A stretch of DNA of 60,000 nucleotides from Mobula hypostoma (GCF_963921235.1 NC_086097.1:69318001-69378000); one strand, 5' to 3'; positions 38,561 to 52,390 are shown, counted from the stretch's first letter. Numbers and translations: made by a program. Notes: generated by a model not told the origin, from the letters alone.

Positions 38561-39727
38561 ATTGAGAACATAACTGAGAAAGCCTTACAGCCTTGGGAAA
38601 TATCCTAATATAAACCATCTCACTAAAACTCGGGGGATGAAACAAGCAAATTTGAATGTTTTGGGAACTAACATCTCTTGCAAAGGATGGTTTGTTAAGT
38701 TACAAAAGCTCAAAGAAACATTCTGAAAATCGAAGAACGAAACGGTTGAAGGAATTGTCAAATGGAACTACAAGGAACTTGAATTTAAATAAAGAATTTA
38801 CAGATGAATAAGGATTTGAACTACAGGGTTGTGTAAATGGCAATAACAAAAAACTTGGCATGTTTGGAAGGTAGAGTATGTGAAGAAATGGGGGGGAGAA
38901 AAGGTGCTTTAAGAGATGCAGTTACTTAAGGCCAACTACTGGAAAAGAACTCACCAAAATCAAAACATTGTCAAGTTGATCAAGAGTGGGTAATATTTTA
39001 ATACAAGCAATGAGTTTGAAAGTTGTGAAAGTAAAGAGTTGTAAAACTGATGAATTAATTAATTGTTTTTAAATATATATAAATTTTCAAGTTGACTGAA
39101 CTAATCATGATTAATAAAGTACACCTGCCCGCAAAGACATTCTGCAATATGTTTTATAGTGCCCTATATCTAATTGGTAACAGATGAATGTTGCAAGCCA
39201 ATGAAGACATGGTGGTGTGTGGAGACCAGATTGTTAAGTCTCCTACTTTTCTTCTTCCTTGTTGCAGTGCCTCCAAACCAGATGTATGGTACAAAATACA
39301 GGAAAGTTTCACATTCAATTGGCTTTAATTTGAATTCAAATTTTAGAAAGTGGCATTGTGAAAGGAACAATTACTTTGATTTACAATTGGGAAAAAATAT
39401 TAAGTTATTGAGACCCAAATTATTGAGGAAAGAAACATGAGCGGCCTTATTTCCGTTACATCAAAATAATTTACTTCATGAACATTTTACATATAAAACT
39501 ACTCTGCAATATAGAAACCAAGTAAAAGAAATCTGATCATACAAAACCACACAGCCAAGCCAAAAAAGTTTTCTGGAACTAGTATTTTAAATATTTTGTC
39601 AGTGTTCCATTGTGTGGCTTATAATCATCTGTTTTGCAGAACAGCCAAATTCAGAGGAGAAAACCCAGTTACAAGTACAACTTACTCCATGATATAACAA
39701 TGATAGTTTTGCACTATAAAGAAATTA

Positions 39728-39832
<105 letters not shown>

Positions 39833-40424
39833 CTACAGAATAGAAAATATCTATAGCAAGCAGCTTTGAAAATTTTTAGTCACCCAATAAATGATTTACA
39901 AATTGTAAATTAAATCAATAGCCTATCTGCAAAAGTACTTGACACTAAATTAGAAAGTTCATTAGCAAAATAAACTTTAAAAAAAAGCAAATTGAAAATA
40001 AGGAGAAATTCACAAAATTATTTTTGTTTAAAGACATTGATAGCAAGAAGAAATCAATAACTTAAGAAATAAATCATACATATACCTACATTAACAACTT
40101 CTGAGCACATTTGAAAATATATCATCAAATGAAAGGTCTTGCACTGTTGACATTAACACCAAGCCACTTTACCAATTAGTAAGAGCTTAGCTTTGCACAT
40201 CATGAACTCCTGATTTTTGATTTTGACTAACTCTAATGTTTAGAAAAATCAAGATAAACAGACATTTCAATAAACGTAAAAGAGCAGCTATCATGGAAGA
40301 TTGATGCTTGAATAGGGAATATGGTTATGTGGCAGCAATTTAAAAGATGCTTGGTGATTCATATGATTTATGCAGTGATTATTTTAAGTATTATCAAAGT
40401 ACATCAGAAAAGATTGTTCCTCAC

Positions 40425-40515
40425 TTGTCTCAACAGTTTTTCTATTGCTGACATCACCATTAGACCTCGCCAAACAATTGGTGCTGTTTCCTCCACCAGA
40501 AAACCCATTGACATG
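40425..40515 (-). CDS. NUBPL: NUBPL coding exon 6 (91 nt)
   Basis: ggtag|C ATG TCA ATG GGT... = [30 protein letters not shown]|gtgagg; Mrp/NBP35-family WRG motif. Confidence 0.97.
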
Positions 40516-40640
40516 CTACCGAGGCAAAAATAAGCACAAATTCAGCATGTACTTAAAAGCACTGACAAAAAGCATATTTCATTAAAAACTAATTCATTAA
40601 AACAAAGAAGATGGAATATCATTGAATGAAAATTGCTTAC

Positions 40641-40680
40641 CAGTTAATTCCATAATTCACCAAGGGTATCATCAAGTTGC
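40641..40680 (-). CDS. NUBPL: NUBPL coding exon 5 (40 nt)
   Basis: aaaag|GC AAC TTG ATG ATA CCC TTG GTG AAT TAT GGA ATT AAC TG|gtaagc = (S)NLMIPLVNYGIN(C). Confidence 0.95.
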
Positions 40681-40984
40681 CTTTTAAAAGGGAAAAGGTA
40701 TGATAATTAGACTGTTTATTCTAAACTATGTCTACGACCACATAACCCCATCTACTAAATGCAAACAACATATTCAAGTCTATGCTACAGAGAAGCAGAC
40801 AACTTATTTGCTTGCACAAAAAGGGTGGGACTGGCATTTTTAAAAGCTTTTACAATACATTAGGAAAGTCACAGAGATTTTATTGTTGATTTAAAAAGGG
40901 CTCTCATCAAGATGTCCTTCTGAATGCTTCTTTTCTTTTCAAATGTCTTGTCACAGTGCAATTACAATGAACAACAATGAGACA

Positions 40985-41785
40985 CTGCTCCTAAAGATGT
41001 CCTGGGTTCTTTGTAGGCTAGTGCCCAAGATGGAGCTGACTAGATTTACAACCTTCTGCAGCTTCTTTCGGTCCTGTGCAGTAGCCCCTCCATACCAGAC
41101 AGTGATAGAGCCTGTCAGAATGCTCTCCATGGTACAACTATAGAAGTTTTTGAGTGCATTTAATGACATGTCAAATCTCTTCAAACTCCTAATAAAGTAT
41201 AGCCGCTGTCTTGCCTCCTTTATAACTACATCGATATGTTGGGACCAGATTTGATCCTCAGAGATCTTGACACCCAGGAACTTGAAGCTGCTCACTCTCT
41301 CCACTTCTGATCCCTCTATGAGGATTGGTTTGTGTTCCTTCGTCTTACCCTTCCTGAAGTCCACAATCAGCTCTTTCGTCTTACTGACCTTGAGTGCCAG
41401 GCTGTTGCTACGGCACCACTCCACGAGTTGGCATATCTCATTCCTGTATGCCCTCTTGTCACCACCTAAGATTCTACTAACAACGGTTATATCATCAGCA
41501 AATTTATAGATGGTATTTGAGCAGGCCTAGCCACATAGTCATGAATATAGAGAGAATAGAGCAGTGGGCTAAGCACACACCCCTGAGGTGCACCAGTGTT
41601 GATCGTCAGTGAGGAGGATATGTTATACCAATCTGCACAGATTGTGGTCTTCCGGTTAGGAAGTCAAGGATCCAATTGCAGAGGGAGGTACAGAGGCCCA
41701 GGTTCTGCAACTTCTCAATCAGGACTGTGGGAATGATGATATTAAATGCTGAACTATAGTGGATGAACAGCATCCTGACATAGGT
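40985..41785 (-). mobile_element. Rex1/Babar LINE RT fragment
   Basis: EWCRSNSLALKVSKTKELIVDFRK...RQRLYFIRSLKRF. Confidence 0.88.
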
Positions 41786-42669
41786 GGAGGAAAATACTTC
41801 TCCCTCATCTTGTAGTCAAGATACTCTAATTCAAATCATAAACAAAGCATAAAGTTGCTCTCAGACTACCTTTAAAACCAGAGAAAAAGATATTCTCAGC
41901 ACTATACCCATCTGTGATCATCTTACCAAGTCTTATTTGAGTTCAATGCATTAATCCATAGAATTCAAATACAAGATTTGGTATGGTAGTTAGAGACACT
42001 GACTTTCAAGAAATGGCAATGATTAAAATTACTGGAACTAAAAACTATACAAACAACAACACTCCCCTAAGAACTATAGTACAAGATAAATAAATATTTT
42101 ACACATGAAACCAAATATATAGCAACTACAGGTTTTTAAAGAATTCATTTATCTAACTGACATGAGCATTGCAGACATATGCCCTTGCCTAGTTATCCTC
42201 AAAAGATGATAGCAAGCCATTTTCATGTTGTGAAAATACAAAGATAGTGATAGATGAAAGATTTTGGCCAAGTGGCCAAGGAAAGAATGTTCTCATCTTT
42301 AATTTGGGGAGATGTGTGACTTCAAGTGAAATGTGCCCATCACACTCCTGGGATTGCTTCCAGGTCAAGTAAAAGGTTTATGACATTGGTAGATAAGTAG
42401 TGTACCACAGACAATTCATGTTTTGACCTAGTCGTGTGTTATACATAAACAAGTTAAAATTCTGGTCAGTGGTGAACATGTAGCTGTGGTACGAACCACT
42501 GGAGTATCTGAATCCCACCACTGCTCCCTCCCTGCCCATTGCTTTCCATGTACTTCAGATCTATGACACAAGGGCTCCTGGATTTCACTCAGTTAACTAC
42601 AAACTTGATGTCAATGGCCAATTCTGCCACCAATCTTATCTCTGGAATTCAGCTCATTTGTTCATTTCT

Positions 42670-44420
42670 AAAGAGTTGTATAATACATTGGTGAGATCTA
42701 ATTTGGAGTATTTGTATAGAAAAGAGTGTAAATAAGGTTGAAAGAGTACTGAGAAAATTTACCAGGATATTGCTGGGTCTGGAGGACCCAAGATGTATGG
42801 AAAGATTGGATAGGTTAAGACTTTATCCCTTGGAACGTAGAAGATCAAGAGGAGATTTGGTAGAGGTATACAAAATTTTGAGGGATACAGATACAGTAAA
42901 TGCAAGCAGGTTTTTTCCACTAAGGTCGGGTGGTACTACAACTGGAGGTCATGAGTTAAGGGTGAAAGGTGAAGAGTTTAAAGGGAACATGAGAAGAAAT
43001 TTCTTCACTCAGAGTCATGAAATTTCAATGTATAAGAGAAGTCTGGATAAGACCATAAGACAGAGGAGTAGAATTAGGCCATTTGGCCCGTTGAGTCTGC
43101 TCCGCCATTCAGTCATGGCTGTTCCTCTTTTTTTCCCTCTCCTCAGCCCCACTCCCTGGCCTTCTCCCCGTAACCTTTGATGCCATCTCCAATCAAGAAC
43201 CTATCAAGCTCTGCCTTAAATACACCCAATGACCTGGCCTCCACTACTGCCTCTATCCTGAGGCTGTGCCCCCTTGTCCTAGAGTCCTCCACCATGGGAA
43301 ACATCCTTTCCACATTTACTTTGTCTAGGCCTTTCAACATTAGAAAGGTTTCAATGAGATTCCCATTCCCCCCCCAATCCTTCTAAATTCAAGTGAGTAC
43401 AGACCCAAAGCTATCAAACGTTCCTCGTATACTAATCCCTTCATTCCAGGACTTCTCCGTGGATTGTCACCTTGTCGTGGTGGAAAAGCTTGTGTGGTCC
43501 TGTGATCCCAAGAGCAATGCCGTCTGGAGCTATGCTCCTGGTCGGGTCACCCATGGTGGTAAGGTCGAGGGTGAGGTCCCTGACAAAGAACAATCCAACC
43601 AAGACCTCAACGGTGGAACAGGCGAACGAAGTTACTTCAAACTCAACGGCTGTGAAGGCGGATGAAGGCTGCAACAAATCCATCAGCTCCAATCGTCGTG
43701 GTTTCCATGCCATTGGAATCAGTTGGTTGATTTGTGAAGTATCGTGTGCCTCTTGGAGTGCAACATTAAGTACACGTTAAACAAATACACATACAAGCGT
43801 CTTCACTCTGAGGGCCACTTCTTCAGAACGAAGACCATCATCCTCGACCTCGAGGGATAGCCACGACGACAATGACATTCCCGGAATGATCCTTGTGAAC
43901 CTCCTCTGAAACCTTTTCAATGCCAGCACATCTTTTCTTAGATGAGGAGCCCAGACCTGTTTGCATTACTCAAGGTGAGGCCTCACTCGTGCCTTATAAA
44001 GCCTCAGCATCACATCCCTGCTCTTGTATTCAAGACCTCTTGAAATGAATGCCAAAATTGCACTAGCCTTCCTCATCACTGACTCCACCTGCAAGTTAAC
44101 CTTTAGGGCATTCTGCACAAGGGCTCCGAAGTCCCTTTGCTTCTCAGATCTTTGGATTTTCCCTCTGCTCAGAAAATAGTCCATAAGGCAGTAAGACAAA
44201 GGAGCAGAAGTCGGCCATTCGGAGTCTGCTCCGCCATTCCATCATGAGCTGATCCAGTCTCCCATTTAGTCCCACTCCCCGCCTTCTCACCATAACCTTT
44301 GATGCCCTGGCTACTCAGATACCTATCAATCTCTGCCTTTAATACACCCAATGCATTTGCACATTTATTGGCCCATTGAAAAATAAATGTCTGCACATTT
44401 ATTTCTTCTACCAAAGCGCA
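42670..44420. mobile_element. Cluster of CR1 3' fragments (42670-43015 on +; 43045-44420 on -)
   Basis: RRSRGDLVEVYKIL; AFISRGLEYKSRDVMLRLYKARVRPHLE; several accataaga tails. Confidence 0.8.
43452..43875 (+). mobile_element. Non-autonomous RTE-derived short element with a 5' HDV-like ribozyme fold, nested in CR1
   Basis: TSD cattccagga (43442-43451) / cattcccgga (43876-43885); RTE-like 5' motif ccttgtcgtggtg...ctgacaaa; (gac)n-like 3' tail. Confidence 0.75.
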
Positions 44421-44694
44421 TGATCAGAAATTTTCCAATAGGATAGGTACATGGATGGTAGGGGTATGGATGGTTATGGTCATGGTGCAGATTGATGGGA
44501 ATAGGTAGTTTAAATGGCTCAGCATGGACTAGACAGGCTGAATGGTCTGTTTCTGTCTTTGACTTTTCTTTGACTCTACAACCGGCTTTTTGAGGTCAGA
44601 AATAGAATGGTCATGGAGTGGCACAAATAAGTTGTTACCTTCGATTTTTTTGGTGATGGGTGAGAGTCTACTAGTAAACTGGCAAATTGGAATT

Positions 44695-44835
44695 GTCCTG
44701 ATTGCTTTGGGCAGCAGTGAGCTTGATAGTTTACTGCAAGGTTGAACAAATGCCATTGCAGCTGTGTAATTTTTTTTGGGCAATAGTGAGCTTGACAGTT
44801 TACTGCATGGCTGAACTGATGCCATTGCAGCTGTG
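44695..44835. repeat. Tandem duplication, ~69-bp unit x2
   Basis: tttgggca.agtgagcttga.agtttactgca.gg.tgaac..atgccattgcagctgtgt repeated; also visible as a duplicated peptide in ORF 44529-44858. Confidence 0.8.
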
Positions 44836-47079
44836 TTGGAATAATGTGCCAGAGTCACAGCTCTTGAGGTTTGTCAGTGGGAATTCAGTTGAGCCTGAAG
44901 CTGTAGCAACATCAAATGTGCTCAGTGCTTTATAGGACTGCATGTGGATTAAATTGTTTGAAGGCTTTCATACTTGCACCAGGGTCCACAATCAAATATT
45001 ATGGTCTATCATGTGACACTTGAAGCTGAAAGCTGTTTTGAACTTTTCATTCTTGTTATTAGCACAATGGCAGGCTATCATCAGAGAAAGAGACATTCCA
45101 AAGCTGCCTTTGTATGCAATTGACTGAATGCCTTAGGATAGCCTAGTATTAACTTCATTGTTCAAAATGTCCAGAGCTCTTCCACCTTACCACTGTGCTG
45201 CCATATCTGTCACTGGACACAAATCAAAGAAGAGACTGCTGGCAAGACACAGTGATGCTTTGCAGGCAACAAACAAAACTAACTATTCTATTAATTACAC
45301 TTTTTCTGGATTACTATCACTGCAATGTGTAGTCTTTAATTTCCCTTTGGAAGTTGTACTTTTGAACCGTTCTTTACGACCTGGCATTTTTGTGGTATCC
45401 TGAAGGATTCAGCGAACTGAACTCTCAAAAATGACGGCACGGCTGCAGCAGCCATTGCTGGAGTGGACCGGGCCAGATCGAAGCAGTGGGGCCTAGGTCA
45501 GAGAGCGAAAAATGAACCGAGGTTTAGCTGATTTAAGTGCCAAGCTAGTCTAAAAAGATCAAGCATTGAGGCAGTGGGACAAAATGGTCACTACTCGATA
45601 AGGCTTTACTTTCCTTGGAACTGGATCTGCAAGTATGGCCTGCAACCATCGGCATTCGCCTAATCACTGTGGCCTACATCCATCAGGCTCCTGGACCAGC
45701 TTCAGCACTGAACTGGCTCAGTGGCTGTGGACTCCCTCTCAGGGACTTTGCGGTTTACATTCTGTGTATTATTTGTTTACTTTTTTAATTATTTGCACCA
45801 TTTGTTCTTTTTTTCTGCGCACATCAGGTGTTTGACAGTCTTTGTGTTTTTTTTTAAATGGGCTCTATTGCTGTCAGCAAGGAGACAAATTTCAAGGTTG
45901 TATATGGTATACAATGGTCCTTTTCCTTTTCGCGCCTTGTGGCACATCAGGTGGCATTCTTGCTGTTTCTGTGGCGTTTGACTGTTTTTTTTATGAGGTC
46001 GCGTTGTTAGCTCAATGCTCAACCCAGCAGAGATGGAAAGTGTGCAAGGCCAGATTCGAACTCAGAATATAGTACACATTCTTTGATAATAAATGTACTT
46101 TGAACTTCTTGAACTTTGATGGGATAGGATGCAACAGACAACAGCAGTATGAGAATATGGGGAGTTGATTGATAGGTCTGGTTCATTGATCTTAGGTGTA
46201 TCAGACTATTGCTTCAGATCAGACTATTTGGGGGACTGCATCCTTACTTTGGCATAATTCCTACATTACACAGGAGCAAAGAAACTAGGAGCAGGAACAT
46301 GCAATTTAGCCCTTTCAATACAATCAAGGCTAATCCTATAAACACGCTTTGACATCTTGTGCCCAGAAATACATTCCTCCTCCTCAAATATATTTAGCAA
46401 ATTATTCTCCACAGCTGCCTTCAAAATTGATGTTTCCTCAATGATATTTTGATTGTGAAACTAATTAGAGTGAAAGTCAACACAATGCTATCTTAATAAC
46501 AGAAAACTGTTTATCAAAGCACCTAAACAACCAGAAAATTAAGTTACAAAATTTAAAGGAAAATAAAGCAATTCAAAAGCATTAAAAATGTCTCCTTAAT
46601 CAATGTATGCAGATAAAACTGAACAATGTTACCCCTATCCTTGCCAAACTCCTATAAGCTAGCTATTCCAGTTTTGAAGAACTGCCATGATACATGCCTC
46701 AGTTTCTAGCCAAATATTACCACTTACTTAAATACTTCATCCATGTCCAAACAAATTCAGCATTGTGCATTCCAAAAAGTATTAAAAATTATGTCTATTC
46801 AGGGTTATATTACCCTTAGAAATACCCTTATTTAGACAGCATAATAATCCAAATTAATTCTTCTTTTCCTTCATTACTCAAGTTTTCTTAACACAAATCC
46901 TCTCAAAAATTACAAAATTTAAATAGACATGATAGGGAATTATAAGCATAGCATTTGGATATACTACATATACTAAATGATCATAATACATTTTAACAAT
47001 ATTGTTTATTGATCTTATGGTACAATACAGAATTTTACATTATATGTAGAATTTTTAAATGAACATTTATGAAACTTAC

Positions 47080-47164
47080 TGTCTGTTAAAGCTGGGTTTC
47101 CTTTCAGATTCATCATACGTGGAATAGATGGACCATGCACATCCGCATCTAGCAGTCCCACATG
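47080..47164 (-). CDS. NUBPL: NUBPL coding exon 4 (85 nt using the nearest in-frame AG; 5' boundary uncertain)
   Basis: [28 protein letters not shown]; donor GACA|gtaagt; acceptor tctttaag|CAT lies 6 nt downstream of the position expected from human. Confidence 0.88.
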
Positions 47165-48989
47165 CTTAAAGATCAAAAAAGATACTACATTGCTGTAATA
47201 ATTCAGGTTTACATTCTTTAATATATTCAGTGTTATTACCAATACAACCAAGAGCAGTTTTACAACAAAATGGTTAATTCCTCAATAGATACAACACATC
47301 ATGGAATAAAACAGTTCTATCAATAATATGCTTGATTTTCATGGCATCATGTTCATTTGTAACCTTCGTATCTTTTTATCAGACTTTATTATTTCTGAAT
47401 GCTTCTCTTTGTAGGGTTTCCAATTTGTTTTTTCATTTTTCCTCAGCTCATGCAAATTAACATTTTATAAATTCCCACACTTACATCACTTATTATTCTT
47501 GTCCTTTCCGAAAGGAAACTGGGGAGGCTGTAGCAGTGAAAACAGATCCTAATCGCTACGGTTTAGCAACATTATGACCATTTAGTGCTAAAATGTTCTA
47601 ATTGTTTTCTTTCTTTCTTGTAAGTGGTGTATAATTTATGTTTAATTTTTGCTGCTGATATGATGCTGTGTGCCTGTGATGCTACTATAAGTATGCTTTT
47701 CATTGCACCTGCATAAACCTGATGCATACAATTAACAAACTCAACATTGACTTTATTAAGCATTAACTTCAATGAAGCATTATACTGTAGAAGACCTTAC
47801 AAAAATTCTATAAAATATTCTCATTCTACACCTATCACCCACCCTCAAAAGACCACAGGATGTAGCATACAATACCATAAATAAAATGAAGAGTAGTAAA
47901 TGGACTCGTTTGGCTAAATGTTTAATAGTAATGTGAATAATCTGGCCTTCAAATTTTTTAACAAAGTCTACTGATATATTAAAAAAACTCTATTCAAGTA
48001 CACTGTAGTACCACCTTGCATCTTGTGCAAAGCATTCCAGCATGTCAGAAAAACATTGTAAAAACCAAAATAATAAAATTCTATGTTTTAACATAAATCA
48101 TTAAACATAGAGCAAGATGGTTTTGCTGAGAAACATCTCAAAAGTTATTGTCAACATTTCCTTGCAGATTAATTGGGGCAAATGTTATTTAAGCTTCAGC
48201 TTTTCATGTGCTGAGTGTACAGAATCACAAAATCTGATTAAATAATCTTCTAGAAAACTAAACTTCTGTAGAATTATTACAAAAGCATTTATGTATTTAT
48301 TAGCTTAAGCATCATCTTCATTAAATATTACAGCACTTGAAATATTTTTCATTCTTTTCAGATGCAAAAATTCTGCTTTCATAATTAGCCAATACTGGTT
48401 TGGATTCTGCTGTCAATAGCAAAGTGGTGACACCAGCAGATGTTTACATCATGACGTGAGGTAATCAGTCAAAATAATATAATGCCCTCTGCAGGAATCT
48501 AGGAGCCTTGTGAATAGGATAAATGACCAATCCACAACCACTTTTGAAGAACTCTTAATGTGGCCAAACAATGCAAAGCAGAAGGTACATGTTAGATATG
48601 TTATTCAACAGAAAAATCATGAAGACAAAAAAAAAGAGAAAGAAAATTGGGACTGGCAGACCAAAAGAGACAAGTTAAAAAAATCTAAGTCATATCAAAA
48701 TAAAAATCTGTCAAGAAATGAGAGACTACACATAAAATTAAATTTGTGTAAGGGATTTGTAATAATTAAGACTAATTAAGCAAATAAACGTGTAATTATT
48801 CTTCAAAATAATAGTTCTTTAATCTACCGGTTTAGGGTATGGTGGATCACAGTGTTTATTGGAAGGTGGAGATGGGTTAATTCTTCTATAAAACATTCAT
48901 ATTCAATGTAACTGAACTGTGCCACCTTGGCACTTCCATCACCTGCTTGTAGCTGCAATTTTCTTTGCAAATTAGATTATTCTGGTGAC

Positions 48990-50256
48990 ATTAGTGCTGC
49001 AACAGGGGAGAGTGACCATTGGGTGGGAAATAACCTCATACTTCAAGTAACTCCACAAAAAGGTAATTGAAAAGCATAAATCAGGAGATGGATACAATAA
49101 AATTTCCAAGTCACTGAATATCCACTGGAGTACAGTTACGTCAATAATCAAGAAACAGAGAAAATATGGCACAACTGTAAATCTGCCTACAGCAGGTGAT
49201 CCTCAAAAACTAAGTGACCATGCAAGAAGGGCACTCGTGAGGGAGGCCACCAAGAGACCCATGACAACTCTGGAGGAGTTACAAGCCTCAATGGCTGAGA
49301 TGGGAGAGACTGCGCATACAACAAATGTTGCCCAGGTACTTCACTAGTCGCAGCTTTATGGGAGAGTGGCAAAGAGAAAGCCACTGTTGAAAAAAAAACC
49401 ACATGAAATCTCAGCTAGAGTTTGCCAGAAGGCAGGTGGGAGAATCTGAAGTCAGCTGAAAGAATTATGGTCCGATGAAACAAAATTGAGCTTTTTGGCC
49501 ATCAGACTAAACACCACCTTTGGCAGAAGACAAACTCCGTACATCAAAAACACACCATCCCTACTGTGAAGCATGGTGGTGGCTGCATCATGCTGTGGGA
49601 ATGCTTCACTGCAGCAGGACCTGGAAAGCTTGTGAAGGTAGAGGGTAAAATGAGTGCAGCAAAATTACAGGGATATCCTGGAGAAAAACCTGATGCAGTT
49701 TGCAAAAGAACTGCAACTTGGGTGAAGATTTGTTTTCCAGCAAGACAATGGCCCAAAGCATAAAGCCAAACCTACACAGGAATGGCTTAAAACAACAAAG
49801 TTAATGTCCTGGAGTGACCAAGTCAGCGTCCAGACCTCAATCCAATTGAGAATTTGTGGCTGGACTTGAAAAGGGCTGTTCACCCATGGCCCCCATGCAA
49901 TCTGATAGAACTTGAGCAGATTTGTAAAGAATGGGGGAAAATTGCAGTGTCCAGATATGCAAAGCTGACAGAGACCTATCCACACAGACTCAAGGCTGTA
50001 ATTGCTGCCAAAGGTGCATCTACTAAACACTGACTTGAAGGGGGTAAATACTTATGCAATCAATTATTTTGTGTTTTATATTTGCAACTAATTTAGATCA
50101 CTTTGTAGAGATCTGTTTTCACTTTGACACGAAAGAGTACTGTTGATCAGTGTCAAAAAAGCCAAATTAAATCCACTGTGATTCAATGTTGTAAAACAAT
50201 AAAACATGAAATGAAAATATCTGGGGAGGGGGCTGAATACTTTTTAATAGGCAATG
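48990..50256 (+). mobile_element. Tc1-family DNA transposon, decayed transposase, left end missing
   Basis: WSDETKIELFG, VKHGGGCIMLWECF, FQQDNGPKH, PDLNPIENLW; right TIR tgaatactttttaataggcaatg|TA. Confidence 0.9.
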
Positions 50257-50700
50257 TATATTTGTTTTATGCCTCAAATTTAAATTATTCATAAATATGG
50301 TCATTAGCCCTTGACTAGATGTATAGAGAATAAAAAAAAGCACCTGATTTACAGCTAATCTAGTAAGAAAGGAGAGAGGGATATGCTGAACTCCAAAACT
50401 GATACATGGTGAAAGATCTTGATACTTTTTGAGAATGGAAGAGTGGACATGACCTCATATTTAACTTCACTGTGGTCAATACTTCTTAGTGCTTCAGGGA
50501 GATGTCCATAACTACATCAGGAAAAAGCTGTCCTTTGTTATAGCAGTCAATCTTTATTTTTCTCTGTGAACAGACTAACCATGGTTCACCATTTTCTCAA
50601 GTTCTGCATAATATTTGAAAATGACAGGTTTATTAGTCCTACAAATAATTTTTTGCTGTGACAAATTATTAATACTGAATACATTAGTGTAACTGCTAAC

Positions 50701-51176
50701 AACAGGAATTCTGCAGATGCTGGAAATTTAAGCAACACACATAAAAGTTGCTGGTGAACGCAGCAGGCCAGGCAGCATCTCTAGGAAGAGGTGCAGTCGA
50801 TGTTTCAGGCCGAGACCCTTCATCAGGACTAACTGAAGGAAGAGTGAGTAAGGGATTTGAAAGTTGGAGGGGGAGGGGGAGATCCAAAATAATAGGAGAA
50901 GACAGGAGGGGGAGGGATGGAGCCAAGAGCTGGACAGGTGATAGGCAAAAGGGGATACGAGAGGATCATGGGACAGGAGGTCCGGGAAGAAAGACAAGGG
51001 GGGGGGGGAACCCAGAGGATGGGCAAGGGGTATATTCAGAGGGACAGAGGGAGAAGAAGGAGAGTGAGAGAAAGAATGGGTGTATAAAAATAAGTAATAG
51101 ATGGGGTACGAGGGGGAGGTGGGGCATTAGCGGAAGTTAGAGAAGTCGATGTTCATGCCAGCAGGTTGGAGGCTGC
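50701..51176 (-). mobile_element. Penelope 3' fragment (pLTR with a hammerhead at 50795-50830) and an 11-bp TSD
   Basis: Near-identical to 20391-20860; TSD taactgctaac at 50690-50700 and 51177-51187. Confidence 0.9.
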
Positions 51177-51324
51177 TAACTGCTAACTACATTTTCCCAT
51201 TAAGGACTGCACAAATCGAAATTGTTTTGAAATTTATTTATAATACCAGAAATTTTTACACAAATATTTCATCTTACACAATGCCTCAAAATAAATTATA
51301 CATTCCAAAAGGAAATATACCTAC

Positions 51325-51359
51325 CGATTCGAAGGTTGCTAATCCCAAAGCCAAATTCA
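51325..51359 (-). CDS. NUBPL: NUBPL coding exon 3 (35 nt)
   Basis: tttcag|TG AAT TTG GCT TTG GGA TTA GCA ACC TTC GAA TCG|gtaggt = (V)NLALGLATFES; in phase with exon 2. Confidence 0.93.
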
Positions 51360-52126
51360 CTGAAATTTAGATAAACTTTTGTTAGTATGCCATACTTGTA
51401 TATCAGAATTTCAAAACCAACTGAGCAGCTTGAGAATTTTCAGTTGGCAAACAAATAATAAGCATTCTCTGCATCTCCACAATTCATTTCCATTTAAGAG
51501 GAAAAGAAAAATTTCTAGTCGATAAATTTCAGATGTCTCTTTACTACATTACTTTTCCCCTTTTGCAAGTGATTACAGAGAAATGGAGCATCCACATGGA
51601 TGTGTTTGTAAAGAAGTAGTCTAACAAAGACTGTGCCACAATTCAATGTATTTCCATTATAATACAACAAAACCATTTATATCTGGAATAATGAAATCAC
51701 AGTTCTGGTTGCCTTCAATTTGCTGACCTTTAGAATGGTGGCAGATTTCGAGATGTATTAAAAGGTCTGTTCATCAAACCAATGGAAACACTGACTTCAT
51801 TTATACTAACAGCTTTAAACTGTTGACATTTACTGAAGTGCTTCAGGTACTTTTGTAAAACTTATAAAATTGATTGATATGAATTTTTGAGTTTTGTTGC
51901 TTTATTTCTAACACCATGGGATGTTCCATTTGCATAGTTTTAAAAATAAACACAAGGCAATAATTCATTTTTATTTTTATGATTCAAATACAGAATTGTT
52001 TACTACCATTCCCAAATTTTTCAAGACTAGATCCACGGCAAAAAGAATGCCATTTCCCAAAATATTTTGTAAGCCTTATATTGCATATTATAAAATGAAA
52101 CAGTTGACATTTAGAAAACTATATAC

Positions 52127-52274
52127 CTGCAGTAGTTGATTTTCCAACACCTCCTTTTCCAGAGGCTACAACAATAATATGTTGCACTCCAGGAATTGCT
52201 TTTTGCTTTGGGAGTCCCCGAGCCATCAGTCGTTTTTGCCTCTCCTGTGGTGATTCAGTACTGGATCCTGAAGA
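52127..52274 (-). CDS. NUBPL: NUBPL coding exon 2 (148 nt), contains the deviant Walker A motif GKGGVGKST
   Basis: [49 protein letters not shown]; acceptor ttttaag|TCT, donor GCAG|gtatat; matches recalled human [38 protein letters not shown]. Confidence 0.97.
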
Positions 52275-52390
52275 CTTAAAACAATAATGCACAAAAATAA
52301 GTGGAAATACAAACAAAAGCACACTACCAGTGAACTTCGAAAAACAACAGCAAAAACAATGCTGAAAATACTCAACAGGTTAGTCAACAT

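Noticed and set aside
44529..44858. ORF with an internal peptide repeat
   Set aside because: Explained by the ~69-bp tandem duplication in decayed repeat DNA.
51311..51324. Possible U12-type donor after exon 3 to explain the odd exon 4 acceptor
   Set aside because: gtaggtatatttcc does not match the RTATCCTT U12 consensus.
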